From contig CAZHPN010000068.1 in assembly GCA_964534375.1 (NCBI GenBank), forward strand, positions 1 through 27,664: a stretch of 27,664 nt of DNA, written 5' to 3'. A program made the translations under genes and the position numbers. This document shows, one piece after another, positions 24,444 to 27,664 of the stretch (the stretch's first letter is position 1; each line of letters opens with the position of its first letter). The notes beneath the pieces were generated by a model, which searched no databases, was not told the origin of the DNA, and worked only from the letters and a program-made list of their open reading frames with translations. This stretch comes from an uncultured bacterium. GTDB taxonomy: Bacteria > Lernaellota > Lernaellaia > Lernaellales > Lernaellaceae.

Positions 24444-25030
24444 TGCCGGCTCCGCGTGCGCGTAACCGCGAGCGCCACGACGTCCGTCGCGCCGCCCTCG
24501 TCATAAAGGGCGGCGGCGATTGCATTCATCGTTGCGCCGGACCGGTAGAGATCGTCAAAAAGCAAAACCCGCCGACCGGCTACGGGCGCCTTGTCGATCC
24601 GATGCGCCCCCGAAAGAAGACGAATTCGCTCATTGTAATCAAAGATGTCTTTCAATTCCGGGGTCTCGCGAATTTTTGTCACGCAATTCGGGAAATAATG
24701 CAAACCAAGTTGATTAGCGACAGCTTCGGCCAAGAGCAACACGGGCTGCATCCGCCGGGATCGCGACGGCGGCACGGGCACAATGAGATCTGCGCCGGGC
24801 TTCCACGAGGCGATGAACGCCGCCACGGACTCGGCCAACGGCTTCAACGCCGAAATCTCCGCACCGTATTTTAGCTTATAAAGCAATTCACCTGCTTCGG
24901 AAAGCTTGGTTTCGAACTGCGGATGCCCGTATTCGTCGTCGCCCAAGTAGGTGCTGCTGACCGTATGAAAATCCAGGACAAATCCGTCGCGCCAGCGCCC
25001 GGGAATCTTCATCGGCCGGATGTTTACCAT
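24440..25030 (-). CDS. ComF-like type I phosphoribosyltransferase
   Basis: GELLYKLKY, IVPVPPSR and PRPP-binding loop VLLFDDLYRSGATM; no N-terminal zinc finger; start moved to ATG 25030 (GGGTGA RBS). Confidence 0.88.
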   Translation of the reverse strand: MVNIRPMKIPGRWRDGFVLDFHTVSSTYLGDDEYGHPQFETKLSEAGELLYKLKYGAEISALKPLAESVAAFIASWKPGADLIVPVPPSRSRRMQPVLLLAEAVANQLGLHYFPNCVTKIRETPELKDIFDYNERIRLLSGAHRIDKAPVAGRRVLLFDDLYRSGATMNAIAAALYDEGGATDVVALAVTRTRSRQ

Positions 25031-25156
25031 ATTTTCACCCGCCAAAGAAAAGCTAATCATGCCATTGCATTTCACGCGCGGCGCGTTTCATCGTCAAGGG
25101 CAGCGGCCGCCCATAGGCCTGCCGTTCCTTGTCGCTCGGCCGCGACGCAGAAATCC

Positions 25157-26395
25157 TCACGCCTCGCCGTGGTTTTTCTTCTCTTTCGCGTCCGCCGCTT
25201 CCTGCTTCTTGCGCGCTGCCTCGTCGCGGTCTTGGTCGCCGATTTCTTCGATCAATTCGCGGAGCCTGGGCACGACGTCGGTGATCGACGGCGGGAACGC
25301 CGCGGGCGGCAGCGGCGGGCCTTCGATTTCGAGCGTCACGATTTGCACGACGCGGTCGTTTTTCAAGTAGATTTCCACGTAGGGCTTGAGGGCGGGGCGG
25401 AGCGCCGCGCCGCCGTCGACGATGAGGAACTCGTCGCGGAAGCAGCCCAGTTGGAGCACGCGTTTTTCGCGATGGAGATCGTTGCCGCTCCAGTGCAAAT
25501 GGCCGGTGACAAAAAGGTGCTGCGGGTTCTTTTCGACGACTTCGGCGAGCCACGTCTTACTGAAGCTCACGTCGGTGTCGCCGGTGGTGAAGCGCCGGAC
25601 GACCTCCTTCACCATCGTCCAGTTGAGGCGCAGCAGCGGGTCTTTCTGCATGATGAAATCGCGCCAGAAATCGCGCGTCCAATATTTCCACGCCTGGCCG
25701 GTCAACAGTTCGCGAATTTCCGGAATCAACTCGATCAGGATGCTGCGCGGTTTGAGCCGGTCGTGAAAATAAAGCAGCGGCTGAAACGGGATCGCGATGT
25801 CGAGCAGCGCCACCGACGCCCAACTGATGTTCAGGAGCCGCTGACCGCGGTAATCGATGAACGGCCGGTCGGGATTGGTCCGAAACAGCGGGTCCGACTG
25901 GCTGCCGTGCTCCACGTACACCGGGCCGAGCGCCAGCGAAAAGCCGGGGAAGGCGATCCGCTCCGCCCCGCCGCACCGCGCCCGCACGAAGTTCTGCACC
26001 TTCGGAAACAGCAGTTCCGGATCGTGATTGCCGATAATGAAATGCACCGTCTTGTCGCCGGCCGGATGGTCGGCGAGTTGCCCAATCGCGTCGAAGAACG
26101 TCGGATGCGCCGCCGCGACCGCCGCCATCTTGCCCAGGGCGACCTCGTTGGTGATGTGCCGCCGATGCTCGCCGAGATACGGCGTTTTCAACAAATCGAA
26201 GGTATCGCCGTTGAAGACGAAGTCGATCGGGCGGTCGGCAGTTTCGCCCGCCAGGTAGCGCAGGAGCAGTCGCGCGAGAAATTCGCTGTGCGGGAAATCG
26301 TCGTACGGCCCGCCCGCTCCCATCTCGACGTCGCCGAGCACGACAATCAGGCGATCGTAGTCCGGCGTCTCCCGATGCGAAGTGTTGAGTTCCAT
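25157..26395 (-). CDS. Calcineurin-like metallophosphoesterase
   Basis: GDVEMG, NGDTFD, IGNHD, EHG...D and TGHLH motifs; AAGGA RBS before ATG 26395 (alternative start 26425). Confidence 0.85.
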   Translation of the reverse strand: MELNTSHRETPDYDRLIVVLGDVEMGAGGPYDDFPHSEFLARLLLRYLAGETADRPIDFVFNGDTFDLLKTPYLGEHRRHITNEVALGKMAAVAAAHPTFFDAIGQLADHPAGDKTVHFIIGNHDPELLFPKVQNFVRARCGGAERIAFPGFSLALGPVYVEHGSQSDPLFRTNPDRPFIDYRGQRLLNISWASVALLDIAIPFQPLLYFHDRLKPRSILIELIPEIRELLTGQAWKYWTRDFWRDFIMQKDPLLRLNWTMVKEVVRRFTTGDTDVSFSKTWLAEVVEKNPQHLFVTGHLHWSGNDLHREKRVLQLGCFRDEFLIVDGGAALRPALKPYVEIYLKNDRVVQIVTLEIEGPPLPPAAFPPSITDVVPRLRELIEEIGDQDRDEAARKKQEAADAKEKKNHGEA

Positions 26396-26579
26396 CCAGA
26401 CATCCTTTGCCGCGTTTCGAACCATTGTAGCTTAATCACACCGGGCAGCGGCAAGCAGGGGCCGTAGCTTGACACCGATCGCCGGGACAGATAGGTCTTG
26501 ATTCGAGAATTCATTCTGCTGAATTGTCGACGAATGTTGACACAGGCTCGACGATGACCGCACGGCGAGATTGCGGGTC

Positions 26580-27644
26580 ATGAAAACGCTGCTCACCCCG
26601 ACGCCGTCCGAATCCCCGGCGCCATTGGCCCGCCATGCCGCGCCCTGGGTCGGCGCCATCCTGCTTCTCCTGGCGTTTCACGGCCTCGACAATTGGCGCT
26701 GGGCGAGCCGCAATTTTCAATCGACGAACTGGGACGATCAGTTGTGCTATTGGCGCGGGATGCTGGAACTGCGCTGGGGCCTGCGCGCGCTCGTTCACAA
26801 CCCGGCGCTCGGCCCGCCGCAGAAACTCGCGCGCGCCTATTGGCTGACCGGGCAATTCGACTGGCCGCATTGGTCGCGCTTGTCGCAGTGGGCCGGACTG
26901 CTCTCGACGCGCCTTCTGGGCAGCGGCTATTCCGGTTTGACGGCGGCGAATTTGTTATGGACCGCTGTTTTGTTGTTCTCCGTTTACTGGCTCGGGCAGC
27001 GTCTCGCCGGGCCGGCGGCCGGCTTCGCGGCGGCCTTTCTCGTCAGCTTCTACCCCGGCGTCGTCGGCCTCTCGCGCAACTTCGCGCCCCATTACGCCGC
27101 CGCCGCGATGTCCGCGGCCTGCTTCGCATTTCTTTTGCGCGCGGCGAGCTTCCGTTCGTTTTCGCGGTCGCTGCAACTGGGCGTCGTCCTGGGCATCGGA
27201 CTTTTGGTGAACCCCAAAATCCTGTTTTATTTCCTGGCGCCGTTCGTCATGTGTTTCTATAAAGCGTGCCGGCGCCGCCGAGACCGGCGGGTTCCCCAAC
27301 TGGCCGCAAATGCGGCGGCGATCCTGGCGACGGGTGCGTTGGTGTCCGTGAGCTGGTGGTTCCCGTATGCGGCCAGGCTCATCCCGTTTTTCGCCGGCGT
27401 CAGCGTGAACGGCCATTACGATTACCCAACCGCTTCGTTTTGGTCCTCATGGATCACCTGGCGACACGCGTACTATGCGACCGCGCTCTATTTCGAGTTG
27501 TCGCCGCTCCTGGCCGTGGCGGCCGTGGCTGCGCTGGCGTTCTCATTTGCGAAGGCCGACGGCTTTCTCAGGGAATTCCGCGGCGAATGGATCGCGTGGC
27601 TGGCCGGGCCGCTAGCCCAACTTCGCCAGTTAGGAAAAAAATGA
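26580..27644 (+). CDS. GT-C (ArnT / PMT_2-like) membrane glycosyltransferase, probably C-terminally truncated
   Basis: Multiple TM helices, WDD acidic loop, VYWLG.RL.G..AG.AAA, LG..LGIGLL..P, WW.PY; short for the family, and a TM helix ends abruptly in AQLRQLGKK. Confidence 0.75.
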   Translation: MKTLLTPTPSESPAPLARHAAPWVGAILLLLAFHGLDNWRWASRNFQSTNWDDQLCYWRGMLELRWGLRALVHNPALGPPQKLARAYWLTGQFDWPHWSRLSQWAGLLSTRLLGSGYSGLTAANLLWTAVLLFSVYWLGQRLAGPAAGFAAAFLVSFYPGVVGLSRNFAPHYAAAAMSAACFAFLLRAASFRSFSRSLQLGVVLGIGLLVNPKILFYFLAPFVMCFYKACRRRRDRRVPQLAANAAAILATGALVSVSWWFPYAARLIPFFAGVSVNGHYDYPTASFWSSWITWRHAYYATALYFELSPLLAVAAVAALAFSFAKADGFLREFRGEWIAWLAGPLAQLRQLGKK

Positions 27645-27664
27645 GGGCTGATTTCGCCTGCGGC
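27612..27664. mobile_element. Possible end of an insertion sequence interrupting the GT-C gene
   Basis: CTAG at 27612-27615 is followed by an abrupt change in composition (CCCAACTTCGCCAGTTAGGAAAAAAA) and a premature stop; no transposase is visible in the window. Confidence 0.35.

Noticed and set aside
24440..25030. Competence gene comF
   Set aside because: There is no N-terminal zinc finger, GC is lower than neighbours, and it is coupled to a SLOG gene; the symbol was not assigned.
1..27664. tRNA, rRNA or riboswitch genes
   Set aside because: I recognised no cloverleaf, rRNA or known riboswitch consensus by eye; tRNAscan-SE and Infernal/Rfam scans would be needed to exclude them.

Overview
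This is a GC-rich bacterial chromosomal segment with no rRNA, tRNA, CRISPR array or intact transposase that I can see. Most genes are metabolic or envelope genes: a GH59 galactosylceramidase-like lipoprotein, ManC-type cupin, TrxC, YugP-like Zn peptidase, papain-like protease, J-like/TPR protein, GT2, lipase-like lipoprotein, CDF transporter, beta-propeller lipoprotein, amidase, two tandem paralogues, flavin reductase, metallophosphoesterase and a probably truncated GT-C glycosyltransferase. Three visibly lower-GC, defence-like modules are interspersed: (1) a 1242-aa nuclease-NACHT (bacterial NLR-like) gene; (2) an AAA_21 ATPase + RloB pair; (3) a translationally coupled ComF-like PRTase + SLOG-fold pair. 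The most striking non-coding signal is that the NACHT gene is bracketed by dense clusters of several different REP-like hairpins and heptamer tandem repeats, several of which are inverted copies of each other across the gene. Four secreted proteins share an Asp-rich stalk: three carry it after a lipobox, and one carries it before a C-terminal GCGG. All family calls come from motif recognition by eye; no searches were run.
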